Source: an uncultured Clostridia bacterium (GTDB taxonomy: Bacteria > Bacillota > Clostridia > Christensenellales > UBA1242). From it: DNA of 64,000 bases. The translations under genes and the position numbers were made by a program. Below are positions 24,780-32,025 of this stretch, one piece after another. The DNA is taken from assembly GCA_934746515.1 (NCBI GenBank), contig CAKVFH010000001.1, positions 36,142 to 100,141 on the forward strand. The letters are read 5' to 3'. The notes under the pieces were generated by a model, which saw nothing but the letters and a program-made list of their open reading frames with translations, was not told the origin of the DNA and searched no databases. How positions within the stretch are numbered: the first letter of the stretch is position 1; the number at the start of each line of letters is the position of its first letter.

Positions 24780-24853
24780 ATATTATTTTAAACCTTAACA
24801 CTCTTAAGGTATTTTCAGTTATCTAATATTTTTTAAAGGTGAGTAGATAACTG
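24773..24853 (+). promoter_or_regulatory. Alternative RNA pairings of a putative attenuator (anti-antiterminator 1:2 and antiterminator 2:3)
   Basis: - Region 1, TAACTGA (24773-24779; last sense codon plus stop of the leader ORF), is complementary to TCAGTTA (24815-24821).
- Region 2, CAGTTATCTA (24816-24825), is perfectly complementary (10/10) to TAGATAACTG (24844-24853). That sequence spans the 5' arm, loop and 3' arm of the terminator.
- A local hairpin, ACCTTAA-cactc-TTAAGGT (24792-24810), lies between regions 1 and 2. Confidence 0.5.
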
Positions 24854-24868
24854 CTCATCTTTTATTTT
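24835..24868 (+). terminator. Intrinsic terminator (attenuator) 10 nt upstream of the cysS start
   Basis: The stem is AAAGGTGAGTAG / CTGCTCATCTTT around the loop ATAA (12 bp including two G-U pairs), followed by a TTTTATTTT run. The cysS SD (GGGGGA, 24870-24875) and ATG (24879) follow immediately. Confidence 0.7.
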
Positions 24869-24878
24869 CGGGGGAAAT

Positions 24879-26291
24879 ATGAATATTTACATTAACAATT
24901 CTTTATCAAGAAAAAAAGAGCTATTCAAACCAATTCACGAAGGCTTTGTTGGCATGTATGTTTGCGGTCCAACAGTTTATGGTCCACCACATGTTGGACA
25001 TGCTAGAAGCTATGTCAACTTTGATGTGATTAGAAGATTCTTTGAATATGCTGGATACAATATTAAATATGTTCAAAACATTACTGACGTTGGACATATT
25101 GTTGGCGATGTTGATGAAGGCGATGACAAAATTTTGTTGCAGGCGATGAAAGAAAATCTTGATCCTTATGCACTGGCATATAAATATGAGACAATTTATT
25201 TTGATGCTATGGACAAGCTTAACATTAAAAGGCCAACAATTTCAGTTCGTGCAACAGCTGTCATTCCTGAAATTATTGAAATGGTTCAAAAGATTATCGA
25301 CAAAGGCTACGCTTATGTCACCAAAGAAGGCAATGTTTATTTGGAACTATCAAAAGTTGATTCTTATGGAAAGTTGTCTGGCCGAAAGATTGAAAATGGT
25401 TTGTCAGGTGAAAGAATCACAATTGCGGACGATAAACGCAATCCTGAAGACTGCGCACTTTGGAAATCGGCTGTTGGTGGACATATTATGAAATGGAATT
25501 CACCATGGGGTTATGGTTATCCAGGCTGGCACATCGAATGTTCTGCTATCAGCAAAAAGTTTTTAGGCAACACTTTTGATATTCACGGCGGTGGACTAGA
25601 TAATATTTTCCCACACCACGAAACAGAAATTGCGCAGAGCGAAATTGCAAACGGTGTTCCTTTCGTAAACTATTTCATCCACAACAATCTTGTGACTGTA
25701 AATGGAACAAAAATGGGAAAGAGCCTTGGAAATTTTGTAACACTTAAAGATCTTTTTGAAAAATTTGATCCAATGGTTATAAGATTCTTTATCTTGCAAT
25801 TTCATTACAGAAAACCTGTTGACTTTTCTTTTGACCAAATCGAAAAAGCAAAAGATCAATATAAAAAGATAAATGAGAATTTTTCAAAAATCAAAGAAAT
25901 GGCGAAAGGTGAATACTTGGAAATTTCTGATAAATTGCTTTTGGAAATTAAAAACAATTTTGAACAAGCTATGTGTGACGACTTTAACACACCACTTGCA
26001 ATCGCTGAAGTTTTGAGATTATCTAAAGCTCTTGGACAAATTGAACAAGCTCAAGATGCACTGCTTGCTAAACAAGCAAATAATTTAGTAAAAATGGTTG
26101 AAGATGTTTTGGGTTTCGACTTTAAATCTGATATAATAAAAACAGAAACAACATCTAATGACGATAAACTGCTTGATTTACTCAATAGGGTTCGTGACAA
26201 ACTTCGCGCAAATAAGAACTTTGAACTTTCTGACTACATTCGCGATGAGCTTGCAAAATTGGATGTTACAATTAAAGATAAGAAAATTTAA
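24879..26291 (+). CDS. cysS: Cysteine--tRNA ligase
   Basis: 470 aa. Contains the class I HIGH motif (GPPHVGHARSY), KMSKS motif (KMGKSLGN), Zn-ligand context (YVCGPTVY, GWHIECS) and HGGGLDNIFPHHE. There is an NITDVGH...DEGDDKI insertion after the first Rossmann half. A GGGGGA SD precedes the start. Confidence 0.95.
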   Translation: MNIYINNSLSRKKELFKPIHEGFVGMYVCGPTVYGPPHVGHARSYVNFDVIRRFFEYAGYNIKYVQNITDVGHIVGDVDEGDDKILLQAMKENLDPYALAYKYETIYFDAMDKLNIKRPTISVRATAVIPEIIEMVQKIIDKGYAYVTKEGNVYLELSKVDSYGKLSGRKIENGLSGERITIADDKRNPEDCALWKSAVGGHIMKWNSPWGYGYPGWHIECSAISKKFLGNTFDIHGGGLDNIFPHHETEIAQSEIANGVPFVNYFIHNNLVTVNGTKMGKSLGNFVTLKDLFEKFDPMVIRFFILQFHYRKPVDFSFDQIEKAKDQYKKINENFSKIKEMAKGEYLEISDKLLLEIKNNFEQAMCDDFNTPLAIAEVLRLSKALGQIEQAQDALLAKQANNLVKMVEDVLGFDFKSDIIKTETTSNDDKLLDLLNRVRDKLRANKNFELSDYIRDELAKLDVTIKDKKI

Positions 26292-26302
26292 GGTGGAAAA
26301 TT

Positions 26303-27037
26303 ATGGCATTTTACGATACTTTTGATGCAAATGGCGTTTTTATGTCAGCAGAAGATGAAGCTGATGTTCACTACAAAGGCTTATGGCACAAGGTTATAAG
26401 AGTTTGGCTTTATGACTTGCAGGGCAATATTTATTTGCGTGTAAAAAAACCAAGCAAAAAGTGCGATTTTATAAATGAACTTCACATTGAGTCAGGCGAA
26501 AGTGCGACAAGCTGTTTTGATAGGGGAATGTATGAGAAACTTGGAATTCACTTTCCAGCAACTTCAAACTTAATTCAAGTATGCAGCAAAAAAATTAAGA
26601 AACACAAAGTTTACTCTGATAATTCCGAGCTTAAAGATAACTACTTTTTGATTGATTATATTGGTGAGTTTGATGAAAGTACAAGTTTCTTTATTTTTAG
26701 TGATGACACCGACCACATTATAAAATGTAATGCAAAAGGTCTTTTGAATCTTGTTAAAAACAGAACTGGCGAGATATTGGCTTACAGAGTAGAACCAAAC
26801 GGCAAGGTTTCCGACCAAAAGGATTTCTTAAAAATCACTGATATTTATGAAGATGTCAACGAAGATTCTTACACAAAATATAGTTTCATTGTTAATGCAA
26901 TTGTAAATGAAGTTACAAAGGCAAATAAAGAAAAAATCGAAAATGAAAAAATTAGAAAACTTACTGAAAAAGTAAAGGAAAGAGAAGAAAAATTCAATTC
27001 TCATGCCGATGAAAATGAAGGCACAGATAAATATTAA
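26303..27037 (+). CDS. Nudix-fold-like protein with degenerate Nudix box and Lys/Glu-rich C-terminal tail
   Basis: 244 aa with an AGGTGG SD, starting 11 nt after the cysS stop. The N-terminus, HYKGLWHKVIRVWLYD...IYLRVKK, resembles the GLWHR...V.I pattern of Nudix/IDI-like proteins. The expected box reads GESATSCFDRGMYEKLG instead of G-x5-E-x7-REUxEExGU. Confidence 0.4.
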   Translation: MAFYDTFDANGVFMSAEDEADVHYKGLWHKVIRVWLYDLQGNIYLRVKKPSKKCDFINELHIESGESATSCFDRGMYEKLGIHFPATSNLIQVCSKKIKKHKVYSDNSELKDNYFLIDYIGEFDESTSFFIFSDDTDHIIKCNAKGLLNLVKNRTGEILAYRVEPNGKVSDQKDFLKITDIYEDVNEDSYTKYSFIVNAIVNEVTKANKEKIENEKIRKLTEKVKEREEKFNSHADENEGTDKY

Positions 27038-27054
27038 AAATTTATAAAATTTTC

Positions 27055-27083
27055 TTGCAAAATTAAATCAAATATGCTATCAT
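27055..27083 (+). promoter_or_regulatory. Sigma-A promoter with extended -10 for tRNA-Leu
   Basis: TTGCAA (27055-27060), a 17-nt spacer, then TGcTATCAT (TG at 27075-27076, -10 at 27078-27083). The tRNA 5' end lies ~24 nt downstream of the -10. Confidence 0.55.
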
Positions 27084-27103
27084 AGCAATGTTGATAGCAT
27101 ATT
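27071..27103. repeat. Perfect 12-bp inverted repeat overlapping the tRNA promoter -10 and ending 4 nt before the tRNA
   Basis: AATATGCTATCA (27071-27082), a 9-nt spacer, then TGATAGCATATT (27092-27103). There is a nested palindrome GCTAT-C-ATAGC at 27076-27086. Confidence 0.8.
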
Positions 27104-27106
27104 CAT

Positions 27107-27192
27107 GCCGAAATGGCGAAATGGCAGACGCACAAGACTCAAAATCTTGCGAGGGCAACTTCATGTGGGTTCAAGTCCCACTTTCGGCACCA
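27107..27192 (+). tRNA. tRNA-Leu (anticodon CAA), class II with long variable arm, genomically encoded CCA
   Basis: Folded by hand:
- acceptor GCCGAAA / TTTCGGC (7 bp)
- D stem GCG / CGC with GG in the loop
- anticodon stem CAAGA / TCTTG with loop CU-CAA-AA
- 15-nt variable arm with a 4-bp stem
- T stem GTGGG / CCCAC with loop TTCAAGT
- discriminator A, then CCA. Confidence 0.9.
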
Positions 27193-27195
27193 TAT

Positions 27196-27253
27196 AACAC
27201 ATAATATTGTGTTTTTAAAACAATTTAACCACCAAATTATGGTGGTTTTTTTA
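27196..27253 (+). terminator. Tandem intrinsic terminators after tRNA-Leu
   Basis: Hairpin 1 is AACACA-taatat-TGTGTT followed by TTT (27196-27216). Hairpin 2 is AACCACCA-aatt-ATGGTGGTT followed by TTTTTT (27227-27253). Confidence 0.7.
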
Positions 27254-27296
27254 TTTGTTTTTTTAAAAAATATGAGTAATACTGGAATCGTTTTGT

Positions 27297-27325
27297 TTGC
27301 TTTTATTTCCAAGTTTCTTTATAAT
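27297..27325 (+). promoter_or_regulatory. Sigma-A promoter for the lipoprotein gene
   Basis: TTGCTT (27297-27302), a 17-nt spacer, then TATAAT (27320-27325). Confidence 0.6.
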
Positions 27326-27352
27326 TTTGAGTAGGAAATTTTGGATGAGATT

Positions 27353-28147
27353 ATGAAAAAATTAAAGATTAAACGATTTTTTGAATTAGCTTTATGCTTT
27401 GTTTTAATTTGCTTTTCATTTATGTTTGTTTCATGTGAAAAAAGCAATGATGGCGACGGGGATTCTCCAAATAACGCAAAAACTACTGTTACTGTTTCCA
27501 CTTATGAAGAGTTAAAAGAAGCTGTAAATGGTTCGGCTGACATTATTAAGCTTAAAAAAGACATAGACATTAGGCGTGAAGATATGAATGACAAAGAATT
27601 TTTTGTTTTTGACAGAAAACTTACGCTTGATTTAAACGGCAAAAAAATCTATTCAACTCAAAACATAACCGGAAAGAATAATGGAAATGATGCCATGATT
27701 GAAATCAACGGCAATGGAAATGTCACAATCAAGGGAATTGGAAAAGTTTTTGCAAACAAAGACGATGCTTACGCAGTTCAAGTGTCAAATGGCGGAAAAC
27801 TTGTAATTGAAAATGGCGAGTTTGTGGGGAATCGTAATTGTGTTTATGTGCATTACGGTTCACTTGAAATTAAGGGTGGAAAATTTAGAATTTTGCAAAT
27901 AGAACAAGACAAAACTTTTGACCCAGAAACGAACATGAGCGGTTATGGATTTGTTTTAAACTTTAACAAGGTAAATATCAGTAACTGCACAATTACTGTT
28001 AAAGGTGGAGAGTTTGAAAATTTTAACCCTGAAAGAAATATTTCAGGTGGAAATAACACAAACTATTTGGCTTCTGGATACAAATCAGTTTTGGATGAGA
28101 ATTCTACGAGCAGCAAAAAAATTTATAAAGTTGTTGTTAATACTTAG
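27353..28147 (+). CDS. Putative lipoprotein with parallel beta-helix-like G-x-[LV]-x-I-x-G-G-x-F repeats
   Basis: The ORF track starts at TTG 27341, but I prefer ATG 27353 (MKKLKIKRFF...). The signal peptide has a positive n-region and a hydrophobic core, and a lipobox-like FVSC is followed by a polar linker (EKSNDGDGDSPNN). Repeated strands are present: GNVTIKGIGKV, GGKLVIENGEF, GSLEIKGGKF, CTITVKGGEF. Confidence 0.7.
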   Translation: MKKLKIKRFFELALCFVLICFSFMFVSCEKSNDGDGDSPNNAKTTVTVSTYEELKEAVNGSADIIKLKKDIDIRREDMNDKEFFVFDRKLTLDLNGKKIYSTQNITGKNNGNDAMIEINGNGNVTIKGIGKVFANKDDAYAVQVSNGGKLVIENGEFVGNRNCVYVHYGSLEIKGGKFRILQIEQDKTFDPETNMSGYGFVLNFNKVNISNCTITVKGGEFENFNPERNISGGNNTNYLASGYKSVLDENSTSSKKIYKVVVNT

Positions 28148-28185
28148 CAAAAACACTGACTCATTTTTGAATTGGTGTTTTTTTG
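28148..28185 (+). terminator. Possible weak terminator after the lipoprotein gene
   Basis: CAAAAACAC (28148-28156) can pair with GTGTTTTTTTG (28175-28185) across an 18-nt loop, and a T-run follows. The stem is weak, so confidence is low. Confidence 0.3.
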
Positions 28186-28447
28186 TGAAATTTTTATTTT
28201 ATTAACTTAAAGAGACAAAAATTCAACCTTTCAAATATATAAAATAAGGGCGAAAATGCAGACGAAGTAAAATGTTTTATATAAAAAATTGTTAAAAGTG
28301 TCAGCACAATACAGTTTGTTTTTATATCAAACAAAATTTTGCACTAGCAAAGATTTTCATTTATAAATTCACAATATTATTTCAGCCAGCAAAATGGATT
28401 AAAGGTAAATTAAATCAATTAAAATCAAAATAATGCAAAAATCAACC

Positions 28448-28475
28448 TTGACACAGATATAATTATATTTATAAT
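28448..28475 (+). promoter_or_regulatory. Consensus sigma-A promoter for the HAD hydrolase gene
   Basis: TTGACA (28448-28453), a 16-nt spacer, then TATAAT (28470-28475). A GAGGT SD and the ATG at 28493 follow. Confidence 0.65.
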
Positions 28476-28492
28476 TATAGCACGAGGTTAAA

Positions 28493-29161
28493 ATGATTAA
28501 AGAATATAGCTTTGTTGACGAAATTGAAGCAGAGATTAAAAATGTTGTTTTTGACTATAATGGCGTGCTTGCAGGGATAAATAAAACTAGAGTTTTGAGC
28601 AAGGTGAATTTAAAAGATATTTGCAATGCAATCGGCTTTGGCTTTAGCTATTTAACAAAATCCGGGTTCCGCTGTGATGTTAAATATGCTTATCACGGGC
28701 TTACAAATGGAAGCGTTAGTTCAAAAGATATTTATGACATGTTTGAATCATATTTTCCACACAAAAGCGACACTGTGAAAAAAGTTTTCGATAATTTTGT
28801 CAATTCAATGTACACTAGAGAAGGAATGATTAGACTTGTTGATTATTTGAGAGAAAATCAATTTAGAGTTTTTGTTTTATCAAACACCATACCTGAAACC
28901 GCAAAAATTTTGAACTCTGAAGATGTTAAAAAACATTTTGATGGAATTTACTGCACATCTGAACACGGAATTCAAAAACCAGATATTGACACTTTTCTCG
29001 ACGCATGCAAAATTTGGAATATCAAACCTGAAGAATCGCTTTTTGTTGACGACAAAAAAGTGAATACGAAAGCAGCTGCGATGGCTGGTTTTGGTGATAC
29101 ATTTAATTCAAACAGCGAAAGAAAAATAAAAAACTACATCAACCAAGTTTATCTAGACTAA
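28493..29161 (+). CDS. HAD-superfamily hydrolase (subfamily IA-like)
   Basis: 222 aa. Motif I-like VVFDYNGVL, motif II VFVLSNT, motif III Lys in GIQKPD, motif IV LFVDDKKVNTKAA. A GAGGT SD is present. Confidence 0.75.
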   Translation: MIKEYSFVDEIEAEIKNVVFDYNGVLAGINKTRVLSKVNLKDICNAIGFGFSYLTKSGFRCDVKYAYHGLTNGSVSSKDIYDMFESYFPHKSDTVKKVFDNFVNSMYTREGMIRLVDYLRENQFRVFVLSNTIPETAKILNSEDVKKHFDGIYCTSEHGIQKPDIDTFLDACKIWNIKPEESLFVDDKKVNTKAAAMAGFGDTFNSNSERKIKNYINQVYLD

Positions 29162-29285
29162 TTTTTTTAAATCAAATCACAATACAGCGAAATTTGATGA
29201 ATATTTGTTAATTTTTATAGAAATTTATATAAAAACTTAATATTCGGTTAAATTTTCCATTTAATTCGCACATTATTTATTTTTC

Positions 29286-29314
29286 TTGATTTAGTTTTAA
29301 TTTTAGCGTATAAT
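29286..29314 (+). promoter_or_regulatory. Sigma-A promoter for the Nudix gene
   Basis: TTGATT (29286-29291), a 17-nt spacer, then TATAAT (29309-29314). A GAAGG SD and the ATG at 29333 follow. Confidence 0.6.
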
Positions 29315-29332
29315 GTGTGAAGAAGGTTATTT

Positions 29333-29872
29333 ATGGCATCAAAAGAATACTTTGAAGAAAAATCTAAATTATATTATGAAAGTTATATGCACAACCAAAG
29401 CACACGACATGTTAGAGGCATAATAATCAACGATGAAGGACAAGTTTTGCTTTTGCATTTCAACAAAAGAAACGGCTATTCAATTCCAGGTGGAACAGTT
29501 GAAGAAAATGAATCTATAAAAGAAACTGTGCTTCGTGAAGTTCTTGAAGAAACTGGAGCGGAAATCATTCCAATCAAAATTGTTGGTAAATATTACCACA
29601 CTTCAAAAAACTTCAATTATGACGGAATCACATTTGATTCCAATAGGGTTGAGTATTTTTATTTCTGCAAATTTAAAGGATTTAAAGAGAAAAATCTAGG
29701 CGTTAAAGGTGAATTTGACGCAGGCGATGTTCAAATATGTTTCCTTGATTATGAAGATGTTATGAATGCAAAGTTGTTTAAACGCGATAAATCAATGATT
29801 GAAAGAGCAATGAATGAATATCTTTTATATAAACCTGAAAAAAAAATAGTCAAGTCAAAAAATAAAACTTAA
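29333..29872 (+). CDS. Nudix hydrolase
   Basis: 179 aa with a complete Nudix box, GTVEENESIKETVLREVLEETGA, matching G-x5-E-x7-REUxEExGU. Confidence 0.85.
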   Translation: MASKEYFEEKSKLYYESYMHNQSTRHVRGIIINDEGQVLLLHFNKRNGYSIPGGTVEENESIKETVLREVLEETGAEIIPIKIVGKYYHTSKNFNYDGITFDSNRVEYFYFCKFKGFKEKNLGVKGEFDAGDVQICFLDYEDVMNAKLFKRDKSMIERAMNEYLLYKPEKKIVKSKNKT

Positions 29873-29880
29873 GTTTGAAA

Positions 29881-29900
29881 GCGAAATATTTTTTCGTTTT
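29881..29900 (+). terminator. Small hairpin terminator after the Nudix gene
   Basis: GCGAAA-tattt-TTTCGT (6 bp including one G-U pair) followed by TTT, 9 nt after the stop. Confidence 0.4.
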
Positions 29901-29920
29901 GGCTTAAGTTTTTTTACTGT

Positions 29921-29975
29921 AAAAAAACCACTGTTTCTTGGGGATATCCCAAATTCAGTGGCTTTTTTGTTTTTC
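29921..29975. terminator. Bidirectional intrinsic terminator between convergent genes
   Basis: An A7 run is followed by the outer stem CCACTG / CAGTGG, which encloses the inner stem TTGGG / CCCAA. After that come C, T6, G and T5. Both strands therefore read as a hairpin followed by a U-run. Confidence 0.75.
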
Positions 29976-30004
29976 AATTTATATTAGTTTGTTATTTAAA
30001 ATTG

Positions 30005-31990
30005 TTAATCTTCATTTAATGGGGTAGCGCTATCAGAAATTTTCTGACCGCGACTTCCCAAATGGTTCTTTTTGTATAGAAGAATCAAAATCAAAAGACC
30101 AATATTGATTGCAATCAGAACACAGCCTACAATTTGAAGTGTTGACCAAGCATCTGCTTTAAGATAGTCTGTTTCAATATAACCTGTAAATTCATTTCCA
30201 TATTCATCATTAAAGGTTATTGATGTAAATCCTGTTTTTGTATCTCTTTTGCCGTTAATTCGAATATTTTTGCCTTTATTTAATTTAAAAGTTAGGGCAG
30301 TGGCATCGGTGCTTGCCGAGAGATAAACTGTTGTGTTGTCTTTTTTGATTATAGCATTTGTAATGACAAAATCAACAACATTTGCTGGGGTTCTCACGCA
30401 TCTTTCTTCAATGTAGCCAACATCTTTGCCATTTACACGAACTTTTAACATTTTTGTGCCGTTTGCAGAATATCCACACAAAACATTTAAAACTTCAAGT
30501 TCTGAATTATCTTCAATTTGCAAAAGACGTTTTGAAATAAGTGGACAGCCGTCAGTTCCAATTTGTCCCCTAATAACAGTGGTTGGAAGAGAGTATAGAA
30601 CTGCGTTTGGCCAAACACTAACACGCGCTTTAAATCCAGCTTCAGAGACAGAAATTTGGGTTTTTTCTTTCAAATCTTCGCTTCTGATAAATCCACAATA
30701 ATTGTAATTGTTGTTTGTGAATAAGCAATAATCATAGTCTTGAATAACGGTATTATTTTCTAGTACAGCGCTGCCAATTTTGATTACATCAACATTTTCA
30801 CCAACAATGATTGCGGAATTTGCACCCCAAGGGTCTTCGTAAAGCTCCGTGAGTTTGTTTGCACTTTTATAAATAAATTCATCGACAGAAAGATAAGAAA
30901 TGTTATAGTTTGGATTGTCAACTTCAGTTGTTGTTTCACTGAAATTTGTGCCTTCAAGAGTTGTTTCTGACGAGATTTTTGTGAAGAACAATTTTTGGTT
31001 TTCTATATCAACATAAGAATAATAATCATTATTGAAAAGTGTAAATCTTGAATTTAAGCACGAAAATTGTGCTGAATAGCTGATTGTTTCTGTGCCACTA
31101 TAAAAAGCGAATGAATAAAGGTTGATTACTTCATTTGGCGCAGCTAGTGGGAAAGAAATTGCCAAGTAGTCCTTTGAATCAATTTTCATTAGTCCTACAT
31201 CTGTGATATTTGAATTTGTTGATTCATTTTGTGGAATCTCTGTGTGTCCAAGTGATAAAACTTCTTTCGTTTCAAGCTCGGTTAGGGCACTATAACTATT
31301 TATTGAATAGTATGCAATTCCATTGTTGTTATACACAAAAACAATATATAGTCTTGAACTTGAATCTTGATATGAAATAACTTTTTTTAGGTTCGATTTA
31401 ACTGTGTTTTGAAGTGAGTCATCACTTTTGAACTGCATCTGAAAATCTATTATACTATCAGTTGCTTCATTTATAATTGCTATTTTTGCGTTTCGACCAC
31501 GAACTGAAAATGTTGCAAGAAAGTATGGTGTTTCATCAAAAATTATCTTTTGAACAAAACATGATTCATATCCACTTTCAATTGAAAAATCATATGTCTT
31601 TTCGACTTGAAGAGTATCTAAATTGATTTTCAAAAGTTTGTTTTCTGTGCTCGTTTTAACCATTAAAAATAGGGCATTTTCAATAAAACTTGTGTCAATG
31701 ATTTCATAGGCTGATAAATCTAAATATTTTGAATCAAACACATGATTTGCCGAGTCATAAATTTTGAGAAGTTTGTCTGTTTCATCAATAAAAAATAGTT
31801 TGTCATTATAAAAAACAGAATAGGCTGGTTTTCGAATAAATATTGAAACACTTTCGTTTTCAGAGCTTTCATTTTCTGCAAAGGAAATGTTTGTTTTTGT
31901 TGATACAGCAAAATTGTTTGGCGCAAAGCAGGCAAATGCTAACATCAAACAAAAAAAACAAAATAACACCGACTTAATATATTTTTTCAT
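30005..31990 (-). CDS. Type I membrane protein: N-terminal signal peptide, large beta-rich ectodomain, SH3b-like repeats, C-terminal TM anchor
   Basis: 661 aa.
- N-terminus: MKKYIKSVLFCFFCLMLAFACFA.
- Membrane-proximal segments have SH3b-like endings: GFIRSEDLKEK; LKVRVNGKDVGYIEERCV; EYGNEFTGYIETDYLKAD.
- TM helix: TLQIVGCVLIAINIGLLILILLY, followed by KKNH and a short tail. Confidence 0.65.
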   Translation of the reverse strand: MKKYIKSVLFCFFCLMLAFACFAPNNFAVSTKTNISFAENESSENESVSIFIRKPAYSVFYNDKLFFIDETDKLLKIYDSANHVFDSKYLDLSAYEIIDTSFIENALFLMVKTSTENKLLKINLDTLQVEKTYDFSIESGYESCFVQKIIFDETPYFLATFSVRGRNAKIAIINEATDSIIDFQMQFKSDDSLQNTVKSNLKKVISYQDSSSRLYIVFVYNNNGIAYYSINSYSALTELETKEVLSLGHTEIPQNESTNSNITDVGLMKIDSKDYLAISFPLAAPNEVINLYSFAFYSGTETISYSAQFSCLNSRFTLFNNDYYSYVDIENQKLFFTKISSETTLEGTNFSETTTEVDNPNYNISYLSVDEFIYKSANKLTELYEDPWGANSAIIVGENVDVIKIGSAVLENNTVIQDYDYCLFTNNNYNYCGFIRSEDLKEKTQISVSEAGFKARVSVWPNAVLYSLPTTVIRGQIGTDGCPLISKRLLQIEDNSELEVLNVLCGYSANGTKMLKVRVNGKDVGYIEERCVRTPANVVDFVITNAIIKKDNTTVYLSASTDATALTFKLNKGKNIRINGKRDTKTGFTSITFNDEYGNEFTGYIETDYLKADAWSTLQIVGCVLIAINIGLLILILLYKKNHLGSRGQKISDSATPLNED

Positions 31991-31996
31991 AAGTTT

Positions 31997-32025
31997 ATTA
32001 TATTATTATTTTATAATTTTTACAA
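31997..32025 (-). promoter_or_regulatory. Sigma-A promoter positioned for a leaderless transcript of the 661-aa gene
   Basis: On the minus strand: TTGTAA (32025-32020), a 17-nt spacer, TATAAT (32002-31997), then only 6 nt (AAACTT) before the ATG at 31990. No SD is present. Confidence 0.5.

Noticed and set aside
24733-24878. T-box riboswitch upstream of cysS, as expected for aaRS genes in low-GC Gram-positives
   Set aside because: The leader is only ~140 nt, and T-boxes are typically over 200 nt. I cannot find the conserved T-box sequence (AAnnnGGGUGGUACCGCG-like) or a specifier-loop/GA-motif architecture. A Cys-codon mini-ORF explains the layout better. This still needs an Infernal scan.
27113-27334. 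73-aa ORF on the + strand
   Set aside because: It lies across the tRNA-Leu gene, its two terminators and the next promoter, and its translation is low-complexity. It is spurious.
28186-28447. A possible small RNA or small gene in the ~260-nt non-coding gap before the HAD promoter
   Set aside because: There is no convincing promoter/terminator pair, stable GC-containing hairpin or SD-preceded mini-ORF. The only mini-ORFs are 4-7 codon runs without signals. The gap is left unannotated.
23016-31935. Antisense or off-frame ORFs within the island genes: 23016..23276, 23676..23900, 25159..25491, 25596..25859, 26570..26818, 28005..28205, 30426..30701, 31720..31935, 31887..32081
   Set aside because: Each overlaps a well-supported CDS (FadH-like, cysS, Nudix-like, lipoprotein, 661-aa protein) and lacks start signals or motifs.
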